From Marsupella aquatica (Eukaryota > Plantae > Marchantiophyta), in NCBI GenBank assembly GCA_973895155.1, contig OZ316898.1, positions 4,402,480 through 4,466,479 on the forward strand: 64,000 nt of DNA, in the 5' to 3' direction. A model generated the notes under the pieces. It was not told where the DNA came from. It saw nothing but the letters and a program-made list of their open reading frames with translations, and did no database searches. Within the stretch, counting starts at the first letter, position 1. Each line of letters begins with the position of its first letter. Position numbers and translations under genes: made by a program. Below, piece by piece: positions 12,701 through 25,536 of the stretch.

Positions 12701-15234
12701 TGCACATATGACCTCATGCAGGATGTAATATACTGGAGGTCTTGAACAACGTTTGAGACCCAATAGACCATGATTCTAGCTAGAAGACTACTTTTGCTCA
12801 ATAGTACATTTCCTTTGTATGCCTGGATGCTCACATTTTTGCTTAACTTGTCAACAGTTTTCTTGGTCCATTTGGGTCATTTACCTAAACACGGTGGTCC
12901 ATCCAGGCATCAATTTACATTTTTTTTAAAGATCCTAATGCAATATTAGACTGTATCTTGTGGGAAACATTTTGCAACAGTGACCCAACATGTATAATTT
13001 GCCGAGAGGAGATGATAGAAGCAAAGAAGTTACCATGCAGACACCTCTTTCATATGCATTGTCTACGATCATGGCTTGAGAGACAACACACATGCCCTAC
13101 ATGTAGAGCTCCTTTGCTTGGCTCTGAAGATGAGCCAGAGCAATATGATCACGAGGATGAAGATATAGCCATGGACATTCCCCAATACAATGGTATAGAT
13201 TTCAAAATAAATGTCAACTTTAAGAACTTTTTGGTAGCAAGAAATTAGTCATTGAATATATTATCACCTTTCAGGTCACCATTTAAAGACATAATATATT
13301 GGAGCTAGATTCAAATCAATTGTAAGTTTTTGATGATGGAGTCTCATTCATTTTGCTATTCAATGTTTATTGACACCATAGTTTCTCTCACATTTGGTTC
13401 ACTTATCATGCACTTAATTCTTTCAATGAAAAATTATAATCTGCAAGATATATATCTCATACATTGAAACAGCTTGAATACATCTAGATTACTGTTGCAA
13501 ATGTCTCTTTTTAAGCAGTTGTGTTGGAATATGTAGAAGAGAACTTCACGAGACATGAAAATGCCAATTCCTTTGAAAATGACGGGGCTACAAATAGCAG
13601 TGAAGAAGATGGCCCACAAACAGCACAATTGCAAGCCTCTACAAGTATCCCAACTACACTAAATGGTCAAACTTATACACATTTAGCGTTTACAGATGGG
13701 AGGCCAACTTGGTACTTTTTCCCTTATCTCAAAGTTATAAGCATAATTTCTAGAATTTCCTCAAAAATTACTCCTTTATTTCTTGTTGTCACTGTATTTT
13801 TTTTTTACTGTTTCAAGGGTAATGCCACGTTCGTCATCAAGCTTTCATGTTGGCTGAAAATGTGTTAAGAGTGTGGCAATATCATCCTCACACAACTACT
13901 CACAATGATTGGTATGGGTAATCTCTTCTGGACTTCTTGACAGGTACCCAATGTTTGTGCCAGTACTGTCTCCCTACCTAAGAGGAGGTCAAGCACATCC
14001 TTTGGCATGCGATGGAAGAGGAGATGAACCAAAAGCACATCCTAGACCTGAAGATGGTTTCCCTGATCTTGAGAGTAAAGCAGAAGAAAACACCCCAAGT
14101 GTTCTTAAGGACTCCAGTGCTCAAAATCCTAATACACATCAATGGTCCTACATGCCTAGAATAATGAGAATACCCCAACATTTCAATCACCGTCAATGGG
14201 ATGGAGCGTTGGCAAATAATTTGAGCTTCCCACATGGAAAAACACCATCGACCTCTACTCATGACAATGAAATGGAGGGAACGATGCCATCTGCAAGAGG
14301 CTCTACTTCTCTGGCTCAGATTATCACCTGGAACCCTGGAACATTGAGCATCTCTCGTTATGAAGAACAAGATGCCTACTTGGAACGTGTTATTCAGGTT
14401 TATATCTCTCATTTTTCTGAACAATACATTTGTTGATGGTGGTTATCCCAGTGGGCAGCTTGAATCCACAGAGTCTAAGGTTATCTACACTAAGAGTTGA
14501 GATGAGAGTCTGTGGAGAATCCAGCTACATACTGCACTGATGTTTGAGTAGAGGCCTTGATACTCCCTGAAGTCTCATATTGTACGAGCTTGAGCTGCCA
14601 TATCAGATCCAATGACATAACTTTGTCAGTTATGTCATTGGATCTGATATGGCAGCTTTGTCAGTCAATACTACCCAGCAAAGGTCAATTCCAAGTCTCA
14701 GAGGTCATTTAGAAAAAGATATCAGCAAACACAACCCTGCCTGTCAAAGTGCGAATCATCTAGCGGTGAACAATGAGGTCATCTATTCACCCGGGTGAAA
14801 GGCTATTATGAAGGCGAGATCCCATTCCATCCTAGCTGTTTTCTCGACACTTCGAGATGTTTTCTTGTTTCCACCCGATTTTTTCACTGTTACGATGCTA
14901 AGACTCTAAAATCTCAGCTGGTTTTATTGTCTTCCTTGCATGATGTCTGCAGGTTTTGAAAGGACAGTTACAGTCCGCAATTGACATCCAGCACAAACTG
15001 AACATTTTACATGCAGAAGAGCATTTACGAGGGTTCTCTGTTCCACTGGAGATTTTTAGAGATAGTGAAAGTGAAAAAAGCGACCGAAATGCTGCACAAG
15101 AAGTTGATCGGTCCACCTTCCGTTTAAACAGCGATATCGATAATAGGAGAAAAGTAGCCATTCACCATTTCAAAGATCATTGTGGACATTGTCCGCAAAC
15201 ACAATCTTCAGCACATACATATGGTGATGACTAG
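9753..15234 (+). CDS. HRD1: ERAD-associated RING-H2 E3 ubiquitin ligase, HRD1/synoviolin family; 7 exons (9753-10285, 11635-11811, 12368-12517, 12981-13192, 13519-13711, 13944-14397, 14953-15234)
   Basis: Multi-pass TM N-terminus (FLGPLRETEVERL, WLVQKRVEYIETTP), YGLPLHLVRELYETF..MNERF, RING-H2 CIICREEM..KKLPCRHLFHMHCLRSWLERQHTCPTCR; all six GT-AG introns splice in frame. Confidence 0.93.
14593..14657. repeat. Perfect inverted repeat, 30-bp arms and 5-nt loop, in the last HRD1 intron
   Basis: AGCTGCCATATCAGATCCAATGACATAACT-TTGTC-AGTTATGTCATTGGATCTGATATGGCAGCT. Confidence 0.97.
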
Positions 15235-16229
15235 TAGAAATCAAGTCGTTTAGTCGCATTCTACTAGATAATGAATTCGCCTCTTAGTCAATCAAAATGG
15301 ACATAAGGCACATGGGGTGTATATTTCACTCTATCCAAAAACCTTTGCAGAACAATCGTCCTTGCAAGGGATACACTACTCCCCCACACTCGTTACCTCC
15401 CATTCCATTATTTGGGACAGAGTCGCAATCGTACCTTGAACCAGTTGGGTGACAAGTAGAGAGTATTCATATAAGGTCTTACTTAGATAAGTCTGGACAT
15501 GTTGAAGGAATACTTGAGAGAGAAAGTACACCAGAATGCGGAAGGAGAACAATAGTAAGAAATGAGAAGTAACAAAAACTCCTCCCATTCATCATCAGGA
15601 CTCCAGTTCTTCACAGTGCCATAGACTAAGAAACAAGTATTTCTCAGCAACATCTAGCTCTGAAATGAATGTTTCTTATTCGACATTGGCCAGATCTCCG
15701 AAGGAGCCTTCAATCCCCCTTACAAACTCTTGAGCAGAGAAAACTCCTGTAATGAGGAAAACTGCCGCAATTCTTCTGGACCAGTATTTATTCGCGGCAG
15801 CATACAATTAACAACCCAACTGGACCCTGCATGAATATCAGGGCTAAATCCCCCAAGAAACCAATGGTCAAGCGCCAATTACTTCTAAGGCACTCTTTCA
15901 TTCACTTGTTCTAAGCTAACTACTGGAACTGACTAAGACGCAAAAAGGTAGATCCTTCGCTCAACCTACTTCAAAGGCACATTGGCTTGACAGTACCTCT
16001 TCGGATTTACGCAACATAACAGTTGGTTGATACCACACATGTCATGTACCATGATTTGACACTACGAGACAAAGAGCTTTGTCGTGTATGTCAAGATACC
16101 GAAGCTTAAGTGAGACTTGACGCGAGAGCAGGGGTATTCACATTAACAATATCGCTTTGTAAATATTCTGTACTCCCACCAACTTTCTAAAAAACAGAAT
16201 ACCTGCTAAAGAGGGCAGCATACTAGCTG

Positions 16230-19042
16230 CTAACTACGTGGAAGTTGCTTCCCGTTCCAATGATCAGCACATGTAATAGCATGAGCACGAGCCTTGGGAG
16301 ACAACTGCTGAAGTAAAATATCTCGAATATGGGTGCCAGCTGTTTCACCGGCACGCGTTGCTAACTCCAAGAAAACTAGTGCAAGACCTCCATCTCCTTC
16401 CTGCATGTTTTTCCAACTACGTTACTATCTCAACCGTTTTCCATTGAAAATTTCCATCATTGACACGAATTTTTCTTGACATCGTGCATATACATCCTTC
16501 AAAGCCAGTCACATAGAAGAGCAACCTGACTGACGAAAGCGTAGCATCAATTAGATAGTGTGCAGCACTTTGCCCAGAACTGTGCCGGAACACTCACCGA
16601 AAATAAGGTCAGGCCGTGCTCAAATTGGGCTTTACGATGCCCAGCAAGGGCAGCACGTCGCATCCATCTCCTTGCTTCTCTAAAGTCTCTCAGGAGACCC
16701 TCTCCTCCCAGGAAGCATAAGGCTGTGTTATACATGGCCCGCGTACTTCCACCTTCTGCTGCCCGGAGATACCAACGAGCCTGTTTTGAGAACAACTGTG
16801 AGATGCTGATACCGCAGAAGCCTTAAGACATGCCTACATGCAAAACTTAACCAGCTCCATTCTCAATTTCATAAGATCAACAAAGTTATTTGCAATCACT
16901 GTTCCAAGAAATAGACTGAAGAGGAATGAAAGCTTTTGCACTCTGTCAAGACAAACTTACTGCTCTGACAAGGTTTCGCTCTACACCCCTCCCTTGTTGC
17001 AAGCACAGAGCAAGACTGTATTGAGCACGGACATGGCCTGCCAGAGCCGCTCGATGAAACCATTTGGCTGCTTCGATGGGATCGCTAGGTTCTGGAGTGA
17101 CGTATATAACACCAATGAATCAGATCGTCGAAACAGGCGCTAAACATCTCCAAACATGAAACCGATAGGCAGTGGTAACGATCAGCAAAATCTGAACCAA
17201 GTCAGGATGGCCTTATAAATGGACCATCCCACTACACTCGTCACACGAAGAGGCTGCAACAAAATGGCACTATCCTTCCATTTCGAGCAACAGAAGAGAA
17301 AAAGTGATTTGGGAATCTATAAAGCTGACCACAAGGCAGGAAAACTTGCGTTCAGACATGTCAAAATGGCAAGGTAAGGTTAGACCCTACCCAAAAAAGA
17401 ATTACTTACCCTGTAGATAAGCCAAACCAAGGTTGCATTGTCCAGCAGGATCGCCAAGGTCAGCTGCTTGCTTATACCATTGAATTCCCTCCTCTCTCCT
17501 TCCCTGTTGAAGAAAATCACAACTGTAAGAAGTCACATTACCAGACAAAAACAAACCTAACCCACAGACCTAAATTTTTTGATTAATCACCTTTCATCAC
17601 CTCCCAACCAAAAAATCCCAGGAATCAAGTTCAAGAAACAGCATGGACTCATTCAGCCTCACTAATCTTGAAAGTCGAATCCTGGGATGAAGAGTTTAAT
17701 CCTGTGACGAAGTTTCTTTAGGTTCCACCAACACTAGATTCGTGATGAAAAGAGCGACGCTTGAGGTAATGCCGCAAACTAGAGTATTTATGTACTCAGT
17801 CAGTAATTACTTTCTGAAGGACTCCTGACCTATGATCGAACGATATTTTCGCAGAGCATAATTTGGCTCCACAGATATCTCCAGAGAAATAAACATTGGC
17901 CTTCCTAAACAGCTGTCAAAATCCTTGGAAGCCTATACTGTCTATCAAATAAAATACAACATGGACTAAATTTTCAACTTCACATAAAACTCTTTTCTAA
18001 TGGAGGAAGCAAGGAAGTAACTACGACTGTGTTAGCTAGAGGAGGATGATTGCAGAAGTGCTGAAACACCTCGACAAACAAGGTGTCGTTATCAAAGACA
18101 GTTAGCACGGAGGAAATCCACACGAATTGCTTCCGAACCAATCGAACTGCAGCCTTAAAAAATCTAGAAACCTCCGAAACTGTAGGAGGACCCTCCCCAT
18201 GTCGAAAGAAACTTCTGATTATCCTCATTCGTCTATGGGTACGTCGGTTTGGAGATAGTACTGGAACTCACCATTTCCCAGAGGAGAAGCCCGGCATCGA
18301 CCATTGCAGCAGCACAGCCCCTCACAGCCCCCTTCAAGAATGAGTCCAATGCCTTGTCGAGGTTGCGAGAGAATCCACCCCGTCCATGCTTCAGCTTCTT
18401 ACCCCAATGAACAAAAAGCATTGCTTGCCGAAGAGGCTCGAGAGCCTCACACCACCCCTTACAAACCCTACTCGCTGACCACAAGTTGGGCCAGGAAAAC
18501 GACCCGGCAATCCGTCTCAAGATATCAAAAGGAAGTGCAGAAAAGTCAGCAGTGCATTCGGATGGCTCGCTTGGAGGAGTTATCCTTCTCGTCTCCCCAC
18601 CTGCGTTTGAGCTTGAGCAGCTCGCCTTGGACCGCCCATCCGCTTGCCCATCCATCCAGAACCTATTCTCCAGGTCCGATGACTCATACTTGAACTGGCT
18701 ATCTCTCCACGCCACGGCCGAGAGGCAGTCTGGGGCTCCGATGTCATTGAACAGGGATGTGACTCTCTCCCTATTCCCTGTTGCTCCTACCCATTGTCCT
18801 TCCCTCGAGACTGTGTCGCTGGGTTGCTGTTGTCGACTGAGCTCCCTTCGCCTTGGGCATCTCTTGGAATCCCTCTGCCGATGTTTCTGAATGAATGACC
18901 CTGCCGAGCTCGCATGGTGATGGTGGCTGCTCAGCTTGCAGCGCCGCCGGGTATCGGGCTGCTGCTCTGTGTTTAGAGAGGACCGACCAGGCACCTGCCT
19001 GTCATTTCGCCCCCCAGGGCGTGTGCTGCTACTGCTGCTCAT
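16230..19042 (-). CDS. F-box protein with SEL1-like repeats (At1g70590-like); 5 exons (19042-18272, 17503-17410, 17091-16961, 16780-16598, 16400-16230)
   Basis: F-box DFSALPFDILRRIA..ASRVCKGW; SEL1 repeats WYKQAADLGDPAGQCNLG, WFHRAALAGHVRAQYSLA, WYLRAAEGGSTRAMYN, WMRRAALAGHRKAQFEHG; GT-AG introns in frame; start codon less certain. Confidence 0.9.
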
Positions 19043-20934
19043 CCTCAAGATTTCTGCAGATAATGAAACTTACCGCCAAGACAACTTCGACACTGTCTTC
19101 TGAGAACTGCGACGAGATCCAGCTGAGACCTGGCTGCCAGCCTCAGCTAAACTCCTGTCGACCTTCCAGAAAACTACTCAAAATCTCAAGAATGATGGCC
19201 GTGATTTCGTCAGCTGCAAACCACCCTTTGCCTATTACAACCAGACGAAACGCAGAACTGCGTGATCAAGTCGTCGCCTACCAATTAACGCTTGAGAAGT
19301 TTAGAAACGATCCACCTTGAAGATGACCGAGTATGTAAACAAGCAGCTACTTGTAAACTCCTTTCGACAGGTCGTTTGCCTTTCCTTACGGGAGGTCCAC
19401 GGCATCCCAGCCGAGGGAAGGGCTCTTCGATCAGCACTAAAGCAAGAAACCCTGCTTCCTTTGCTTGGTGGGGCAGAACTTCACACGGAAACCAGTACCA
19501 AAACAAGGAGCTGAAATATTTCCGTCTGTACAACCACTGTAACCATGCTTCCCTGGTTGGGGGGCTGAAACCTTCTTAAATCTTCAGCTTGAAGCAATCA
19601 GGGTAAGGAAATCCGTATGTGAAGCCAATATAACCATGCCTCGTTGCTTGAGCAGCTGCAACCTTCTCAAAACTTCAGCATGAAGCCATCAGGGCACGGC
19701 AGGGACAAAGAGGGAGTACAATGTTGTCTACTAGGTCATGATCCGCTTGCCTCATCATCAGGCATTTGGCCTCGTCCACAGAGATTCGCGTTAGAACCCT
19801 CAGAAGCAACCAAGGGTACAGAGGCAAAGCACGCTACTTCCTGTTCTCCTCTGAGTCATAAGCCCATTCTGCTTCTCGTGAACTGTGTGTTCTACTTTTC
19901 CTTCCACTTTAGTAAACATTTCCAACAACCTCTTCAAACCGACCAAACCGCCTAATTAGACCACGCCATCTCAACCCCGTTGATGGTCCACAGTCTCCGA
20001 AGCCCAACCCTAACGAATCAGCGGATTGAGGCCTCCAAATTCACTCCACCAAGCTCGTGCATGCATGCATTCATGCACCTGCCTGCCAGTCCGTACCCAC
20101 GCCCTCACGAGCACTGCCACGAATTGCACTACAATACCTCACCTCCAGCCAAGCAAGCAGTTCATCACGGTTTTCACGAGACTACGGCAGTAGGCCATTT
20201 CCTCTCGCCAAAATCGTCAGGCGTGGACCCATCATCCATCCAGCTCTGATCGTCCAGCAGCTACACGCACCCCCATACCCTAAATCGAGCAGCGAACCTC
20301 CAACAGCTCAGCCTCGTCAGTCAATCGGCTCTTCAATTGTGCTCCCTGCGAGAATCGAAAACATACCACCACCTCAATTACCGCGCGCCCAACTAATCAA
20401 CCAAATCAATCAATCCGACTTGCTCCCAACCTCGACACGCATTTCGTCCAATTCGTAAATTCGTTGCTCCTTCACGTCCAAAACAATGTCGGCCAACTGC
20501 ACCAAATTCTTCCGGATCCGACCAAATTGCGCTCTCCCGAGTCAAACTCCGCGACGAGATCGGATTCGACTTCCTCCTGAAAAGTGCGTGAGCCTCGGAC
20601 CAAATCGCCCGCCAGCTTCTTCTTCGTCGCTGAGGGTTTCCGTCAACGACAGCCACGGGTTTCCCGTCAGTAAATCACCCGTCAGCACAAATATTCGTCC
20701 ACTGTTCTGTCAGCAGCTTGCGAGTGAGATTGCTCCGCGACTACTACTGAATGACTACTGTACTGAGCGTCGGACGACGCACTATAGGACAAAAAAAAGG
20801 GGATTAAGGAATGTACTGTAGGTAATAAGCCAAGAATAGGTGCAGATTCAGATCCCATATATATTATTATTAGTAGTAGTGAAGTATCAATCTGCAGAGC
20901 ATCATGGGTCACTAGTGTGTACTTCATTTTGGGT

Positions 20935-23190
20935 CACCTTAGTGACCCTCCTATGGGGTTTACTCGGAGCCCTACCAGACTTTTCAATTCTCCGCTCAGT
21001 AAGGTGTTACCTTTCACGAGTACTTTGTGGTCCTTGTTCCTTTGTCGGCTTTTGGTTGGGGACCCCTAGGCTTGTTTTTCTTGGGGCCCTTTCTCCTCTT
21101 TTCCTCCCCTTCATTGAGTTGCTTTGCCTTTGGGATCTTGTCTCCCAGTTTGGCTTGGCGTTTTCAGCCCTTGGACACTGTGATATATTTTTGAGGTTAA
21201 AGTTACAAATGGATCAATTTACCAAAAAAGGGCCAAACAAAGTACTAAAGAGTGTTTCAGAGAAAGCAAAAAGGTTAGACAGGACAACCACTAAACTCAA
21301 AAGAATATATGGGGTAAATGTGAACCCAAACCAAATGGATAATCCATCGGGACATGTCCTATTGGCTCCACCATGCACCAGTCCTTCGGGTCAGTACCAG
21401 CTTTTTACTAGTATTGGACCATGTAGAATAAGGTACAACTACTAGTGAGACCTGGCGGATCCAGGTCAGTGTGAGAAAGGCAACCATGTTCAACAACATC
21501 AATCTGCAGGTGGAACTAGAGTCTCCAACTGACTCTTTACTATCAAAAAAGGCTTTGCATGCATGTAAATGGTAAAATAACCAAAAACAATAATTTCCAT
21601 GGAAACTGTCCTACTCATTTTGCTCCTTCTCTGGTTCGGATTGAACATAGTTTGGCCCTCATTTGACAGAATTGTGTACTCCTTGCTTGGTGTCCCCACT
21701 GCCTGCTTGTGTTTGCCATGATTTCCTTTTGACATCTGGTCTTCTGGCAACATCCACCTTGGGCAGTCCTTCAGAATGTCGTAGCACACAAAAAAGGAGC
21801 AGTCCTTGCCCTTTGAATGTAGTGTCTTGTAGAGTTCTTTTGCCTTGATCAATGTGTCCTCCATGCTGGTGCCAGAAATGTCAAGATCTTCAACACATTT
21901 GTAGCATCCAATAAAATTAGTTGTGGCTTTCCACGCATAACCCCACTTGCTCTCGAGGGATTTTGAGGTCCTACTTTCAAGACCTCAAGGTCTATTTCTA
22001 TCCTAGTGATCCCCGACACGCTTCCAAAAATTCTCTGTCTTCGCCCAGACCCAACACATGGATCCTGAGAAATCTCCAAGTATGAATAGCAAAGTTGCTT
22101 TAATTTTAGTGGACTGAAATTTTCCCTCGTTGGGTCATGCCGTCAGATTGCAGCACACATGTTCACTGTCCCCATACTTCAGAAATTGGGAGCTAGGACC
22201 ACAAGCTTTGTTCAGGCGCAAAACCATGTGTACTCTGCAATGCACGCAACAAGCTCTACAGTGCACTCGACAAACTTGGCAGAGGTCTGGGCTCAAATGT
22301 ACAGACTCTGGCGTGAAGATCATAAAAATGAGGGAATGTTGTGGGAGTCGTGGGATGTGAACATGTGGCAGAAGGAGCATATAGACCTGCAAAAGTGCCA
22401 AGTATTCCAGTCGGCAAACGTTTGCGCGCTGCAAAAGGCAACAAAAAAATGCCCGTCACCGGTGCAACCAGACAATTGCCTCATTCTGGCATATTTTGGG
22501 AAATGCCAGCTACGAGCCGGATGGAGAACACCAGTGCGGACGCTCTAAAATACTTCATGAGGTAGCACAAAGTGTGGACAGTGTATGACTCACTGATAAT
22601 TTCTACAAATTCATAGCTCTCTCCATTCTTCGTGAAAGGTAGAGATGTTTGACTCATTGGAAAATTGTTTCCAAGATGCTGCTAACAAGCCTGATAACAC
22701 TCTACTTTGCTGGATATCAAGAGAGATGCAAAGATCAAATTTGCTCTTGGAACATTTATGGAAGTGGTAAGGGTGTAAACAATAAGTATGTAAAGGGTGT
22801 CATGTTCCTTGGGGGTTGCACGGTTCATGGGCTCCGTCCACCTGCACTTCAATTTCTCAGGTTTCTACTTGCTGGAAATTTTTCTTCGAAAGGAAACCAA
22901 ACAGTATGAAAAAATAAACTTCCAATATCAATGTAAAAGGAGGACAGTGTCTACCTAGGTGATATATCTCACCGTGACAAAGAACAAAGAACAAAAACGC
23001 CCAACAAGGACACGAGATCCCAAGGCACGAAGAGACAGGGGACAAAACAAGTGAAAACCCCAGGCAAACCGTGGAAGACCAAAGAGCCACAAGACCCGAG
23101 AAAATCCCATGCAACGGCAAAGTGACTAGGACATTACTTTTTCAGTAAAGTGGCAAGCCTGGTAAAATGCCCAAGAGGGTCACTCAGATG
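20935..23190 (-). mobile_element. Decayed PIF/Harbinger-like DNA transposon remnant (Myb/SANT-like ORF1 fragments on minus, ~21700-22090) with diverged long inverted flanks
   Basis: Frameshifted peptide SQDPCVGSG..ENFWKRV..SLESKW..SGTSMEDTLIKAKELY..FFVCYDILKDCPRW follows the Harbinger ORF1 pattern; 20941-21190 is a diverged reverse complement of ~22960-23184 (AGTGACCCTC/GAGGGTCACT, TTGGGATCT/AGATCCCAA). Confidence 0.6.
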
Positions 23191-24164
23191 TCTGGAGTCC
23201 AGTAAATTCAAATGCATAGGCAAATATGAAAGCGAGGATTGAAAACGGCGACTATTGTAGTGTAGACTCCTATCCAGTCAGCCGGACTGTTATAGTCATC
23301 ACCTACACCTAGGAACGAAATATCTTCTTTCTATCACATCTGAACCGCGTATGGTCTGAACGACCCGGATGAGCCTTTAATTATTCATTTGTGCACCGAA
23401 AAGGATCCATATCGGGACCCACAGCCGAGGATCCACTTTGCGTAGGGCCGAAAAAGATATGGGATCTTTGAGGGGTAAAGTTGAGGCTGAGGAGCTCCCG
23501 AGTATTTCCGAATGTCCTCGAGACCTGACGCGTGTAGAGAGGTAAATGGCATCCAATGCCACGTAGTTATCACTTTCCCGGGATAGCCGTGATTCCGTGG
23601 TCTCCGTGTGCTCCCGTGGCACTGATGGTGATTTACGGGTATATTTGGGTCCCTTTGATTTTGGCCAGGGTGGCTATAAATATTCGTATTTTTGTTATTG
23701 ACCAAAGATGCTATAGAAGATCCCCATCCAATTGAGTGGATCTTGGCCATTAGATCTCCCTAGAAATAAGGATACCTGTCAGATTCTGACTATTGAGGTT
23801 TGTGGCTAAGTGGCAAGCTAGCTAAGGGGAAACAAAAGTGGCAAAAGTGACAAAAGACTTTTCAGTGAGATGGAATCTAGCCAATTCCCACCATTAAAAC
23901 AAGATATATACCAAATAACTTTTTCTCATTTCTCTGTCTACCTGGCATCACTTTTTGTGTAATACTGTGTACCTCCTCCGAGGCTGGTGGGTCCAAACCG
24001 TCTCTCTTCTCTTTTTAAGTAGGCCACAATTTTACTAAAACTTTGCTCACACTCGATAAATCTTATTCCGCAAAGTGAGCAGTCCACCATTGTTCTGGTG
24101 TGGAGAGGAGAGAAGAGGAGATGGTTGTTTGGGTTTTTCTGTTGCGTGAAACTTGTCTCGAATT

Positions 24165-24484
24165 AACCAACTGGCTTTGGTCAGTTGGCCAGAGGATGAG
24201 CCTAGAACCAAGAGGTCCCAGGTTCAATCCTCCCTCCACACATAAGGGGTGTGGAGGGTATGTGTGTGTGTGGGTGGGGTGTAGTGGTGGGAGTATTGAT
24301 TATCTCCTCAGCCCTGGTTGCCCACTTTGGGTTCTGGTTTAATACTCTCTCCCTCCTGGTCTGGGTCCCTGTCGGATCCCTGGGTATTGTCCCCTTGTGG
24401 CTGCCCTACATAGAAATGCATGCTCCAAAGCAGGACATCTATCCTCTGTTGGATGGGCCTGCTTTCGGTTTTCAAGGCAAAAAA
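24165..24484 (+). mobile_element. tRNA-derived SINE (~320 bp) with 17-bp target-site duplication
   Basis: TSD GAAACTTGTCTCGAATT at 24148-24164 and 24485-24501; A-box-like TGGTCAGTTGG (~24178) and B-box GGTTCAATCCT (~24221); short A-tail. Confidence 0.88.
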
Positions 24485-24787
24485 GAAACTTGTCTCGAAT
24501 TTTAAAAAATTAAATAAGGACCAAGGTACCGCCCTTATTATATGAAGTCACCCTAAGGCTCATCAAAGGAAATGACCATCCCAAACCAAGGGGGCCTTCA
24601 TGCGAAAGGTTGGACAACAAATGACCTATCATTTCCACTATTTTGCTTTTAGAGTTTATCACAAAGGTTCATATCAGTGACCATCACAAAGGTTCATTTC
24701 ACGTCACTGGTCCCCTTTAGCTTTACATGAAATTCAAGTCAGAGGTCACTTGTACCAAAAATCGCCCAATCCTACATGGACTTCTCT

Positions 24788-25370
24788 CAATCCCACACCA
24801 ACTGGAGTGGGTCCCCCAAAATGCTTAATGTGGACTGTGTTTCTGCTCTAAGTTTAGATTACCTCTAGACGTGGTTGCACTAATTTACTAAAAAACAAGC
24901 CCAACAAAGTAGAAAGGAGTAAAAGCAAAAGAGGTTCTTGTAAAGGCCCCCTAAAGAAAAACGACCAAATCACCCAAAAAAGGGCCCAACAAAGTGCAAA
25001 GGAGCAAAAGCCAAAGAGTTAGGGAGGATAAACACCATACTCAAAAGAAGAGGGCAATTGCAAAACCACTGAAAGGCTCATCTGTCACTCAATCCCACAC
25101 CAACTGGAGTGGGTCCCCCAAAATGCTTAATTTGGATAGTGTAAGATCACCTCTAGACGTGGTTGAACCAATTTACTAAAAAAGGTCCCAACAAAGTCGA
25201 AAGGAGTAAAAGCAAAAGAGGTTCTTGTAAAGGCCCCTTAAAGGAAAAAGGACCAAATTACCTAAAAAGGGCCCAACAAAGTGCAAAGGAGTAAGCGCCA
25301 AAGAGTTAGTGAGGATAAACACCATATGCAAAGAGAACAGGACAATTGCAAACCAGTAAAAGGGTCATAT
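24788..25370. repeat. ~300-bp tandem duplication with internal GGCCCAACAAAGT subrepeats
   Basis: TCAATCCCACACCAACTGGAGTGGGTCCCCCAAAATGCTTAAT at 24788 and 25089 with colinear downstream sequence; related motif also at ~21215-21285. Confidence 0.85.
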
Positions 25371-25485
25371 GTAATTAACAGATGTTGAAATACTTTAGAC
25401 CGCATGATGACGTTGATGGTCACCTAAATGATAAAGTAAGGGTTGGTTGCAGCCCTCTTCTTGCCATGTCTTTCTTTGGGTGCTC

Positions 25486-25490
<5 letters not shown>

Positions 25491-25530
<40 letters not shown>
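25491..25530. repeat. (TC)20 microsatellite
   Basis: Read directly. Confidence 0.97.

Positions 25531-25536
<6 letters not shown>

Noticed and set aside
16230-19042. HRD3/SEL1L, partner of the neighbouring HRD1
   Set aside because: Has an F-box, lacks a signal peptide and TM anchor, and is too short
19050-20830. Many overlapping 65-140 aa ORFs
   Set aside because: GC-rich probable long 5' leader of the F-box gene; no protein-like features
24170-24240. Functional tRNA gene
   Set aside because: No convincing acceptor stem or cloverleaf; lies within a TSD-flanked SINE
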